DNA of 64,000 nt. It comes from Azolla caroliniana. Taxonomy: Eukaryota; Plantae; Polypodiophyta. This document shows positions 14,115 through 27,059 of this stretch, one piece after another. The DNA is taken from positions 18,972,001 to 19,036,000 of the forward strand of contig JBHGNT010000015.1 of assembly GCA_043228905.1 (NCBI GenBank), read 5' to 3'. The notes beneath the pieces were generated by a model. It was not told the DNA's origin. It worked only from the letters and a program-made list of their open reading frames with translations, and made no database searches. Position numbers and translations under genes: made by a program. Position 1 is the first letter of the stretch; every line of letters starts with the position of its first letter.

Positions 14115-14514
14115 TAGCAATGGGCGCGGTTCAGTTTCTTGGCCTTGAAACCAAACCAAACCATTTATTTATATTAAAAACCAAACTAAACTGTTTAAAT
14201 TTTATGAAGCCATTTAAACCAAACCGTTTATGACAAAATTAGAACCAAACCAAATAGGTTTATCATAAATCAAAACCAAACCAAACCTATAAACCTTAAA
14301 ACCAAACCACATAAGCCGAAACCGCTAAACCGTGAAATTCAAAACCAAACCAAACCGAAACAGATAAGTTGCTAAACCGCTAAACCATGAAATTCAAAAC
14401 CGAACCAAACCGGATCATAATATTTGAAACCAAACCAAACGGTTTATTTATCTTTGAACCAATAAACCGTTAAGCTGTTCGGTTCGGTTTGAGCCGAAAC
14501 CGTGCCCATTGCTA
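14115..14514. mobile_element. Non-autonomous hAT-type MITE (400 bp)
   Basis: TIRs TAGCAATGGGCGCGGTT / AACCGTGCCCATTGCTA. Exact 8-bp TSD CTTGCATG at 14107-14114 and 14515-14522. Internal AAACC(A/G) subterminal repeats. Confidence 0.92.
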
Positions 14515-15940
14515 CTTGCATGGGCGATGTAGAGCCATGGAGAGACAAAAACACGTTTTTAAAAGCTCAACAACATCCATAATAAAACTCATCAAGATCT
14601 TGAATTAAGAGACTTGTCAAATGAATATACCCTTAGTATGGAAGCAATATTGGATCAATAAGCTCGTTTGATCTTCAAGAATACAAGTTTCTTTTGAATC
14701 AAAATGTAGCTTTAGCTATCACAATGTAATTGTGGCTACTGCCTATTCTCCTCATCATTTACTTGTCAATCTACATTGTGATTTTTTGCTTCCATCGAGG
14801 ATATTGATGTCAATACCCTACTTTTTGCTAGTCCAAGAAAATGTTCTAAACCCTAGAGAGCAAGAATATTTAGAAGCAAACATTGTATCTTTTCAATCTC
14901 CAATAACAAATTTTGGAATCACATTTTCCAGTCAACTAAGAAGTCACTTAGCCAAACATAGTGTTGAATAAATGTGTACCCCTCAGTACCTCAAAGCATG
15001 CAGCCCAAGTCATATACCCATAATGCAAGCTTTTCACACTTGGGATGCACTTTTTTTCTAGCATACGGGGGCAAGTCATGTACAAGCTCATATGTTTGAA
15101 TCATTGTCAATATCGGGGAGCTCAAGCTCATGCACCCACATGTCGAGAAAATTTGGTATAATCTTCGAAAGGATTTGAAATTCATACCCTCATCAAGCTT
15201 CCAATGAGTCTAATTTGCAATCATGGGGAAAAAAACCCATAGGTCTTTGGCAGATACTCTGTTTTTTCTTTTAGATCAAGATTAGATGTTATTTTGCTAC
15301 AACTTGACACTAAAAGCCAATGATACAGTGGTAGTTTTAACATCGGCATGTACCCCCTCGTAATACTACACCCATTGTGGTTCTAGTAATTTTATGTTGT
15401 GTGAGTAAATAAATTGCCTTACTTAGTGAAGTGAAAGCTCCCCTTGATTTTTTGCTTTTTTTTTTCCTAATAAATAAATAAATAAGGAAGAATAAAACTA
15501 AATAAATTGGCAAAAATAAAATATATTAAAATAAATAATAATAATAATAATAATAGAGAATAAAAAGAAAATAAAGGATAATGTTATGGATAACTGATGC
15601 GTTGGGTTTCGAACCCAAGACGACGCATCTCGTGAAGAAAGAATTAAGAAGACAAAAAAACAAAATCCGCTATTATTTTATTGAATAAAAGAAAGAAAAT
15701 AAAAATAACTCTATTTTGTCAGTGAACGTTGGGAGGAGGGAAATAGTGTAAAGTGTGTGTGAGAGTAGTATATATATATATACATACATTATACATATAG
15801 ATATAAAGAGAAAGAGAGGAAAGAGTATATCTATGAACAAATAAGAACCCAAAAAAAACCTTCACTACATCCATTACTACTACTGCTACTACTACTACTA
15901 CTTTTAGTGTTTGGTTTTGTTGGTATACCTTGTTAACTTG

Positions 15941-17080
15941 ATGGTCTCCATCCACCCCATGGCTCAAGCTTCTCAAATTTGTTGTTTCGCAACATTAGGC
16001 AAGTTATATCCTCCTCCTCCTCCTCTCTCCCTCTCTATGTGTGCTCCATTGCTTGTTTTGTTTTGCTTTGTTTCGTGACAAGTTTGCTAGTCCGGAGTAT
16101 CACAATGTTCTACCACACATTACTTGCTTGTGAGGCCAAAGCCTTGTGTGTACCATGTGTTCTACCTATGTATGGAGAAATTGCTTGTGAGTGATTGGTT
16201 TAGCGGTTTAGGGTTTGTCATGTGTTCTATCTACTAGATATTGATTGTTGCGTGTACCACACATTCTATCTTTGGAAGTTTGGGTCGTGAGTATCACATT
16301 CTACCACAATTCATGTGCATGTTTTCTCTAGGCCTTGAGTATCATTGTGTCTCTTGCATTGTTCCACATTGCATATAACCAATTCATTCATTTTCGGTTC
16401 CGTAGATCACCCACAATTGCATGGGTAGAGGGTGTTAGCCATAACAAAACACCTATCCTTAGGATGATATACTAAATCAATAGAATGAGAGTTCCGAGTT
16501 TCATACACTCTAACAACCAACTCTAATGCTCTAAAGTCACATAAATATATGTATCTCCGTGATTGATTAATTTTGATTGTTTTTTTTGCCATTGATGTGA
16601 AACAATGCAGCCACATTGGTAATATGGGCCGCGACCACCGTGTCCGAGGCAACGAAGCTAGTGGTCGTGAACGAGGGCCAGATAGAGATATGTGCCAAGT
16701 ATTGGGTCCCGGGGCCTAAAGCCGCGGGCGGGGGGTGCCGTGAACTCCGTCCGGGACAAGCTTGGGAATTGGTGTCGTCGTCCCCATGGGAGGGTGCAAC
16801 AATGTGGGCAGTACGTGGGACGTGCAACGGGGAGGCATGCCACACGGGCCCGCCCAGCGGGGTCACCCAATTCCAGTTCACATTGTCCGGCTTCGAGGCA
16901 AGGGATTACTATGATTTGTCCGTAGCGGCCGGATATAACGCGGGAATTGCGGTCCGCCCGACCAACCAAGCTTGTCCGGCCCTCTCGTGCATGTCACTTG
17001 CACATGGTGCATGCCAGGCGGGCTCCACGAAGACTTGCCCATATGGCTCAACTGATTATCGAGTCACCTTCAAGGCTTAA
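15941..17080 (+). CDS. Secreted small thaumatin-like protein (PR-5 family), join(15941..15998,16611..17080)
   Basis: Exon 2 has TLP motifs (GGGC..L.PGQ.W, TQFQFTL, DYYDLSV..GYN, TC....DYRVTF). Exon 1 plus the start of exon 2 give a signal-peptide-like MAQASQICCFATLATLVIWAATTVSEA. The phase-1 join uses donor AG|GCAAGT and acceptor TGCAG. Confidence 0.85.
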
Positions 17081-20000
17081 ATCAGCTCCCCAAAAAATGG
17101 CCAATAAAGGAAAATTTTAGCATTGTCAATAAAATGTAGAGAAGCAAAACACTCTAGGATTAGTGTGGTTGTGGATACCTTTCATCTTGCCATATTCTAG
17201 AGTTTATGGGATACATTTTATGTTTGATCGTTTTTAGCTTCGAGTTTTTCTTCTTCTTCTTTCGTCGAACAAGTTGTGTCACCGTCAAGGTTTAGTTATT
17301 ATATCATGTGGGTAAAACTTGGAAACACCATTGGGGACACCTCTATTTCTCTACATGCCCCCAAGTTTTTGTTCTTTTCATAATTAATCACCCACAAAGT
17401 TGGTTTGTTAATGTCGAAATGAATTGCACTTAGTTTGTTTTTTAGTTTATGCTGGCAAATTAACATATTTTCACATTTGCTTGCATCATAATTTGGCTGT
17501 TTTGTGCAAGTTAACCCTACCCAATTCAGTTTTTTCTTAGGGATGGAGGAAAAAAGAACTAAAATGTTTTGTTCGAAACGTCATTGTTCTAATGGCATTA
17601 TGGAACAAAAGATAACATAGTGTACTATATTGTGGTACTCATGATTATACTATATATAGCACATCACATTTATTGATAATGGGATTCACCGCGCACGCTT
17701 GAAATGTCACAATTGTGAAATGATGTGCATTCTTGAATTTGATCCTTGGAAATTGAAATGTCACAATCGTTGAACTGATTGAGAAAGGGATAAAAATCAA
17801 ATTGTTTGCGATCTTTACTTTACTACACAATGTAAGTACTTAAATCAAAACTTTTACTGAGAAAGATTAATGGAGAAAATTTCACATTGTACCCAACTCA
17901 TATTCTACCCAATGCAAATGTAAAAGGAAAATCATCAAGAAAATTGCAAGGATATTAAGTTGTAAAGCTAGTGGGCATTTGAAAGCCATGTTGACCTGTA
18001 GGAATTAGTATTAAACCATTGATCTCACAAAACTCTTACCACATTGAATGTGGTTGGGGTTGAAGGAAATGACTTAAGACGATTTCACGGATGCCAAGAA
18101 GTAGACATTACAATTGAAGAGCAATTTTTCCGGGTAAATTTGTAATTTGTCAACCATTCATTCCACAACACTCTTGCTACATAGAATGTGGAGTGGGATA
18201 TATGAAATTGGAGTTGATGAGCAATTTTGCCTAGCAAATGTATATTCCATACTGTTGATCCCAACTTTAATAAGGTTATGTTTTAACAAAGTCTCTTTAT
18301 TTATTGTTTTCATGGATGATACTAACTTTCTTTTGATGTCGCTAACAAAGGCTTTTCGTTTATTGTTCTCGTTCATAAGACAAACTTTTTTATCATACTC
18401 ACTTGTGAGGTATACCCACCATAACATCTTGTCTCTACCTTCTTCCACCCTTGATATTGTAACTATAATGGATCCATATTGAAATATTGCTATTCTCTAA
18501 CTTAACTCCACTATGTAAGGAGTTGTTTGGTTAGCTTATCTTCTACATCATAAATATAGGCCTTTTTCTTACCTTAACACGAGGTCTTTTGTTTTAAGAA
18601 TATAAGCATTTTAGTTTTTCTATGTTTTGAGGATGCATTAAAATCATCTTTAAGCTATTGGGCCTCTTGTATTCCATTATATTGTGGTGTGGGTTGGTCT
18701 AGTTATTAGGCCTCTTGTATACTATTATTAGCAATGTCATTTAAAGGGTTGTGTTGTTGTAAGGCCTTCATAATATGGGCAAACTATATTATGGTGTCTC
18801 ACAAAATCTCGAATTACAATGAATTTTGATTATGAGAACAACCTCAACCCATTGCTAAAGAATCCATGGTATTCAAAACAAAATCACAACCTTTACACCT
18901 ACAACATCATATTAATGAAAACCCTGAAATGGATTCACTATCAAACCCACAACCTTATTTGTGTAAAACGTGGCATTCACCATTATACTTTCATCTTTAC
19001 ATATAGTACCCTTGAAGCTATAAGTAATTCTTTTGAAAAATGTAAAAGACTCTTACATCATGCAAAATGGGTAATTTTTTTCACAACTTTTTTTAACTCG
19101 TAGTATTTTGCACCATTACCAAAATCTAGTGCATTTTGGTAGGTTAGGCATTTGTCAGGTTTATGCATGGGGTTGAAAATCATAAACCGTAAATAGTTGA
19201 GTTTAAAATTGTGGCTTATAAATGTGTTGGGTTCACATATCTTCGGTGCATTTTAAAATCAACTTTGAGTGACTTGACATTCACCATGGTGTTATACTAT
19301 GGTATCCACTAAAGTTATGCTTGAATTTTTGTCATGGTGTTGCATTATGGCATCTACTAAAGTTATGGTAGGACAAATAAATTTCCAAATACACCACTTG
19401 TACATTTATCCGCTAGTGTTTTACATCACTTAAACACAAAACAAATAGATCCTTTTTGTATTGTGTGTTCGTGATTCTCTATTGAGTTGATTTCGCGTCA
19501 TTTTGTTTATGAGATACTATATTGATTCTATTATGGCCCTTGCTTGTTACCATAATACATTCTCTAGAATGGAAAACAAATTGAAATATCCACTACTCCC
19601 ATGGAATGTGAAAAATAAGCTCTTCTTTGCCTTGGGCAGCCTTTCGAAATGAGCCTTTGTATTGAAGCCATCATATAATACAAAAATTTGATTGAAGCTT
19701 CTTTTCACCTTGCATGATTTTATGATGGTATTATTTCTCATGCCTTTGCTTAGAACAAATGCATTAAAGTAATCCTCATGATGATTTAATGAACATGAGC
19801 ATCAGAAACAAAACCTCCTACTCTCCGTTCGTTGTAGGCCACTGGATCCGGCTCGTACTGGCCGGTGATGACGGGCACAATGAGTTTATAGCTATATGTA
19901 CCTACTTACATTAAGTAGTCAATTTGAAAGGATATGTACTTAGTCACATATTCTTGAACTCGGTCGGAGGGTGAATCGTGATTCCCCAATTTATTTATAA

Positions 20001-23000
20001 GCCACCTTGTATAATCTTTATGTAATAAGCGCTCCTAATTAATGGGAAAGTAGCTTCTTTTTGGGGGAAAAAAACCTAAACTAGATAGTATGAAAAACCC
20101 CATGGACCAACTCTAGAATGATGCAAACCAATACACAAGCAAACCTACAAGTGATTATAAATTATCAAGAACATGCGGGATTTTATTTTTCCAATAGCAA
20201 AAACATTAGTGAATACACTTAAAAAATGTTTATCAAATATATTTGCATTTCAATAAATTGACATGCCGGAACACATGCAAAACTTTGAGTTCATTTTGGG
20301 AGGGTTTGCAAGGGTGATTATCAAATGTTATATAGGCATTCACGTATAAATGATATTGGATTATGAAAAACAAAATGGTTAGAAATATAGCTTCCTTGCT
20401 CCTATCGATTCTTTATGTTAGCGTGACCATTCTCTCAATTAAAATACACATATTTCAAGAAAAATGAATAGGAAAATATGTTTTCTAGGTTTTTTACGAA
20501 GGGAATAAATTTCTTCACTTGCGCCTTGTGACTTCACTTAGTTTAGTTTACTCTATTGTTCCTCGTTTTTAAATTCAATATGCCAAAGTTTGATTTAGTA
20601 GCCTCGAGGATGGTGACAATATAAAGATTCCATGTTCAATCACATTAAACCAAATCTATAATTGTTTGCATCTTTTGCTATTATGATTATGGTGGGTCCT
20701 ACATGACAATTGTACATGTGCATGAAGACTTAGAATCGGTCAATGTATAGAGTGCTCCCCCCACATGTGAAATCTTGGAATAATGTTAAGGCATGGAAGG
20801 GATGACATATAAACTTGATGGTTAAGTGGAGAATTGATGTCTTGTTGTTGTGGCCAAAGGTTAAGAGGTGTCATAGTTGGTTGGCTTTGGGGGTTTATGT
20901 TCTTTTAAGACAAAAGAAGAATGTTTTGTTTTTGGACTAACTTTAAAGAAGCGTTTTTTCTACCCTATTATCTCTTCTTTCTAAGCACCTTGCGCCATCA
21001 CAAACCATCATTTGTAGTTGTACGTAGTTGATATCCCCTCTTCATTATCGATGTAAGACATGTGTTGAGAAATTAGAATCAAGCTCAACCTAGTCTATTG
21101 TGTGAACACACCTTTTGAGAATGATGAACATTCAAAGGTCAAAAGTCACCACTACCTACACATTAACTATGTGTCATAGAATCATATTCTATGACACATA
21201 ACTAATGAGTTTCTACATTTCCCATGACCCATGACCTTCTATAGCTCTAGAGAGAGAGTGTGGGTCTTTTAGTACGTTAATGAAGAGAAAGGGTGACCTT
21301 ATATAAATCATTATCCTATTTTATAAAGGGTCGGTTATTCTCCCTTGTAATGCTACATTTTTGTACTTGATATTCTCTTTGTTAACATACATCTTCTTGA
21401 GTACTTCATTTCTTTGATCTATCTTTGTGTTTCTCTCCTCTCCTCTCCTCTTTCCACACACACATCTCTTCCGTTGCATAGAATCATATCTGATTCTTTA
21501 TAACATGTAATAGTTGATATTGTATTTGTGCATACCTACTTGTGTATTAAGATGCATCATGCGGACATACTATACCAATTGCTTTCATTCTTATGATGTA
21601 CATCTTTCTTACTTTATGTAAGCAATTAAATTTCGATTTGTGTTGAAGCCAACTTAGTTGATTTTGCTATAAACACATCTAAGTTTGAACCATTTTGATC
21701 ACGAAATCATATGACGTGTTCAAGAATGAAATTCATGTAGGCAAAACTATAATAAAGCATGTTATGAGAGTATAACTTCACCTATTTTGACAAGGGTATT
21801 TATTAGCACATATGGAATTGCGATTGACATGTTATGAGATTTGCAACCAACTGTAATGGTTTTGTGTCTTAGATGAGTTAATGCATAGAAGATATGTCAG
21901 AATGGGGTCTATGGTTTTGATAGTGCTCACACCTGCTCATTATCTTTGACCTATAAATTGGAATGTAGTTTTAGCCCATAGACTATGATCATGAGCATGT
22001 GGTACAATGTTCACATTTTCCAATGCTAGTTGGCCCCTAGATCGTATGCCATGATGCCAAGAATGTTGGATGTGAGCTTGCCGACTCAATGTGGAGTTGC
22101 ACATTGAAACATCCTATGCCATTTTTTTGAACTTTTTTTTTGTTTTCTCCATTATTCGTCGTAAGTTATAGGAGAGCGTGGAGGCTTGGTGTTCAATCTT
22201 TGTTTCCTAAAACAAGCAAATATGAAAAGCCCCAAGCATTGCATATATCATGGACCAACATGATGAGCATGGACATTAGTGAGGTCATAAGATAAGCATC
22301 ATGAAGATTAATGCGTATTGAAGTGGAAGAAATATAAAAAACGTAAGTACTTGTGGTGGGAGCCTTACATGTCAATAGAGAAGATTGCAGACTCTAAAAG
22401 CAACGAGTGTACATTGTAGCCTATGAGACCAAAACAATAGAGCTTGTTCAAGAAATGGCGGTTAACAAGAACCAAACAAAAGGGGGGGGAGAGAGAGAGA
22501 GAGAGAGAGAGAATGGTATGAGATTAATGGCTTGAGAATTTGATAAGGGTATATATCCTTGGGAAGAAGGAATCAATTAAATGAAATGTACAGCAATCAT
22601 ATAATGACACCATAGGCATTCAAACAAGAAACGAAAGAATAAAGATTATTTAGAAAAAAGTACAAATAAAGATCTAGTGAATGATTTGCAATAGCAAAAA
22701 TATCTACATCACCTAGTGGCATGTCCCCTTCAAGTCTATATAGGTCTTCAACAATGGAACTAGATTTCTAACACTAATTGTTTTTACGAGTAACTTCCTA
22801 TTCTTACAAAAGGATGTTGTAGTACACTGTAAAAGATTTGGATGTTCGGTAACCATTCCGATCAATGTAAAATAGTTTGTGCTTTCTGTTCAAAACTAAT
22901 ATCATAAGTTCATAAAAAATGTTGTTTGCATAGCCTTGTGTGTTTATCTATAGCATTTGGAATGGTATCCTAGAAAGTAGTTTGTACAAGCCTAAAAAAT

Positions 23001-24574
23001 GTTGAAAAACCAACAAAACATATTGACATGATATATCAGCTACGAATACAGAGTTAGTAAATTTCAATCAATTGAATAAACTCTATGGCTACCAATCTTG
23101 TTTGATGATACTTTTTTTTCTGAAAAAAATTGTTTAATGATACTTCGAAGGATAAAACTGGGTTAGTCTCTTAGGAGTATTTTTGAAGCCACTTAATTCA
23201 AAATATGCTTAAATGGCCCTTGCTTGGTGAACTACTGCTCTAATGGGATTCTTCATGGCCTTATTTGTTGTATTCTTAGTTATCATTGTGGAATTTTACC
23301 TCATGTATTCTTTTGGTTGATATTTTTATAAGTGGCTACGACTAGGAGATAAAGGGCGGGTTACTGCATTGCAACCCACCATCGCAATAGGTGGGGTTCT
23401 TGAACGAAGTCTTCAGAGGAGTAACAAAGCTAGTTAAATTGAGCGAATAATCCTTTGAAAGAATGTTAGGATTTGAGTATTAATATCTAAAGAGACCAAT
23501 ATTAACAATTAAAGCAAATTTCAAACTAGAAGTTAACTTTACATATTCGGAAAGTATCAACATGCCAAGACATAAATGAATGATCATAGTGTACATGTAA
23601 AGAGATCATTTAATAATATACACAAGTTGAGAACAAATATTTTCTAGATAAATATAGAGAGATTGAATCCTTCATTTAATCTAAAGACTATCATAAATTG
23701 ATGTAGAACTGATGCACTAAGAGCTCGTAATTAATCTTTGTAGACACACACACGTCAAGTGGATGCAAGTAATTAAGTAAATGACATGGTTTGGGAAGAT
23801 ATTGAGATAATTAATTAGCACAGACAAATTATTTGAATCCGAGATTGAAATGGGTGGCCAAACTAAATGTGTGAATTGGTGGCGGAATATATTATCCTTC
23901 ACACATATGTTAATGTCAAATAAATGGAATGCAAGGATTGTTTTCCCTTATAGAGCTCACACACAATAGTGCAAAAAATGTTTCTAGGGTTTTTAACCTC
24001 AACTAGTCATTGGAGTTTGGAAGAGGAAAAGGCAAAATCCGCCATCTTAGTGAATCCATTGTAGATCATCAAAATATGTTAGATATGTTATATCTCAATA
24101 TAGAAGATTGATATAAAAGGTAGGTTATTGAGAAGCCACAAAGTGATACCTTAGAGGAAAGTGGGAGGTCGCTCTTGCAACTTAATGTCTCGGGTTTATG
24201 ATTAACTATGTACAATCTTGATAGTGTGATGTAAATATTTTCTCTACCTCGCACACAATCATTTTTATCAAGGGCATACTCAGTGTCTACTCTCTCTCCC
24301 CTTCCCTCCCCCCAAAAGCCACCATTCCACAACCCTTTGTCAGGCCCATGTTAGACTGGTCAAGCTAGTTCTATGATCATTTAATAACCTACATTAGTTA
24401 TACCTATGATGTCTTGTTCTTTCGGTTCATTCTAGATAATACCAAGAATGCATAAGAACATGTACATTATTATAAATTATAATTACTGTGGTGGGCAAGC
24501 GTTTGACTTCTATAGCGGTACATCTCAATTGGATATGCAATATGATCTCCCTTTGCATGCCATGGCCCTTTGAG

Positions 24575-24617
<43 letters not shown>

Positions 24618-25006
24618 AATCTTTCCTAGGCCTATCCATGACATATGTTTTCCAAAAGGACAAAAAGAAAAGTCTCATCTAATGCCTTTTTTTAAGGTCT
24701 AGGAGACAAAATCCATGCAACACATTGGTAGGCCAACCCTATGCATTGTACATATGGCCATCATGAAGACCAAGTATTAGTTAGTGAACTTACATATATT
24801 ATAATAGAAATTATAGGGGGGAGAGAGAGTGTGTGTGTGGAATGGGCAATTTTAGAAGGAGAGCCAAGTCAAGCACACGTGTTAGAAAGGAGGAGAAGTG
24901 AGAGAGAACTTTATATCTTAGTCCCAAGAAAATGACTTAATTTCATGTGATGTACCAAGGAGAAGGAGATAAGGAGAGACACAAAGGTTTCCAAGGAATT
25001 ATAGGA

Positions 25007-25200
25007 GAAGAAGGATAACACAACAAAGAAAGGAGAAGGAGGTCACAAATCTAGCCCTAGAAGAAGAAGAAGAAGAAGAAGAAGAAGAAGAAGGATAACA
25101 CAACAAAGAAAGGAGAAGGAGGTCACAAATCTAGCCCTAGAAGAAGAAGAAGAAGAAGAAGAAGAAGAAGGAGAAAGAGGTCACAAATCTAAACCTAGAA
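25007..25200 (+). repeat. ~80-bp tandem repeat with (GAA)n in the RALF 5' leader
   Basis: GGATAACACAACAAAGAAAGGAGAAGGAGGTCACAAATCTAGCCCTAG(AAG)n at 25013 and 25093, with a partial third copy at ~25170-25200. Confidence 0.85.
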
Positions 25201-25206
25201 GCTTAG

Positions 25207-25506
25207 ATGGCAAGGGTGGTTATGGTAGTACAGGTGATGATGGCATTGATAGTGGTGCTAGGTATGGTGGATTTGGGGGCTGCAGTTGGAGGAAGTAAGG
25301 CCGAGGTTAATGGCAGCGGAATGATGGCGAAGAGGCGGGTCCTCGCGGACGACACCACTACCTACATAAGCTACGATGCTCTTACGGCCGACAGTGTGCC
25401 TTGCGACACTAGCGGGGCTTCCTACTATGATTGCACCACGGACACCGCGAATGCCTACACAACCTCCTGCACCACAATCACGACTTGCGACCACCTCACC
25501 ACCTGA
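25207..25506 (+). CDS. RALF: RALF (rapid alkalinization factor) precursor with an unusually acidic mature peptide
   Basis: Hydrophobic signal peptide, RRVL subtilase (S1P-type) site, YISY motif, VPC...GASYY.C, AN.Y...C..I..C (4 Cys). Single exon, 99 aa. Confidence 0.95.
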   Translation: MARVVMVVQVMMALIVVLGMVDLGAAVGGSKAEVNGSGMMAKRRVLADDTTTYISYDALTADSVPCDTSGASYYDCTTDTANAYTTSCTTITTCDHLTT

Positions 25507-27024
25507 TTGAATCCAATGTTTTGGATTTGGAATTGGAGGAGGATCCTGGTTTGGTGTTGGCCCTTTTTCTTATGTTTTAAAAGAACTAATCAATCCATGA
25601 TGGTATTGATGGTTTTTGGGGGAAGGGGCGGAAAAAATCAGGATTCTGATGTACAAATATATATATATCAATAATGATGATCATCAAATGATTGTGTGTT
25701 TTGATGCTTTATTTTGTGCTACTATTGCAAGCTATATGTTTTTCTTACTTATAAATAATAAAAAATTTCATCCTCAAATCATGAACCAAACCATCCTTTT
25801 GCAATAAAAAGTATCCCCCCTTTCTCTCATCTGATCTGTGTGTAATATGCTTATAAATCCTTGAAACACTTTGATTCACATATATAAGAGTTTTTTTTCT
25901 TCTGTTTGTTTTTCTTCATTTACCAAATTTAAAAGGATCCTAATATATATGTAAGGTTTGTTTTAAAAGGACCCTAATACATATGTAAGGTGGAAGACCC
26001 CACAAAGCACATGATTTGAAATGGATAGTCCTAGTGGTTATGGTGAAGCTACACCACGCGGTCCGATGGGGCAATTCAATTCACCAACCGAACTTGTTTA
26101 TGCCTCTTTAAAAGAACGAAGAGAATCACATTTGTGTAGTGTATAGAGTTCTTATCGAACACATTCGATCCTCTTGCCATGGGGGTTGGAGCTTGGGATC
26201 GGTAAAAAAAAAACGGAGAGAGCATGGGATTGATACTTGGCCATGGGCTTGTCCTTGTCCCAATAATAGACTCTATTTTGAGTCCCTCATTGGCATGAAT
26301 CTATCCCTATGTGGTTTTACGATTCGTGAAGTATCTCGGAAGTCATAAAAATTTGAGAGAATGGGAGAGCTCAAATCCCCACCATGGGCTTGGTTGTGTC
26401 CCATGTACCCTTTTTTTTATCTCGTCATAAAATCAAGAGAATACCTCGCTATGGGCTTGGGTGTGTCCCAACAGAAGTTTTATTGTCTCATTGGACAGGA
26501 CATGGATCATATAGGTAATCTCTCTCAAGGTCTTTCTACTTGGAATTAGGTATGCATCCTAGTTATAAAAGGCCAAAAAAGGAAATAAGAGTATTCTTCC
26601 TTTTTTTTTCAAACTATAGATATATGCTTTGTGGAGAAGTTGAGGCTTCGAATCAACTAACAATTAATGAAGGTTCATTGCATGATTAAGAAAAATAATG
26701 AGCAAAAGATTGTGTATTTAGAGCTTTGTATGTAAAAGTAAAAGTAGGAATCTATGGTTCCCTTAAGTTTGTGTATTTAGAGCTTCATATGTAAAAGCAA
26801 AAGTAGGAATCTAAGCTCTCCTTAAAAACATACATTTAGCAAAACTCATTTCCTAATTTTCGTGGATTTATCTTCATATCTAGTAATTTTGATGGCACGA
26901 GTACCTTTGAAACCACCATAGCCTATGACCTATTTCTTCTTCTTAGGGTTGTTTCTTTCTTGATTCCTAATACAAATTGGCTAGATGCCACTGTGGAATG
27001 TAGGGATTGAACCCATGACCTCCT

Positions 27025-27059
<35 letters not shown>

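Noticed and set aside
18147-19741. Short ORFs of 60-110 aa in AT-rich intergenic DNA
   Set aside because: No recognisable motifs or splice structure; probably chance or old TE debris.
26990-27030. tRNA-like B-box sequences (also ~15600, ~53240)
   Set aside because: No cloverleaf can be formed; at most SINE-like remnants.
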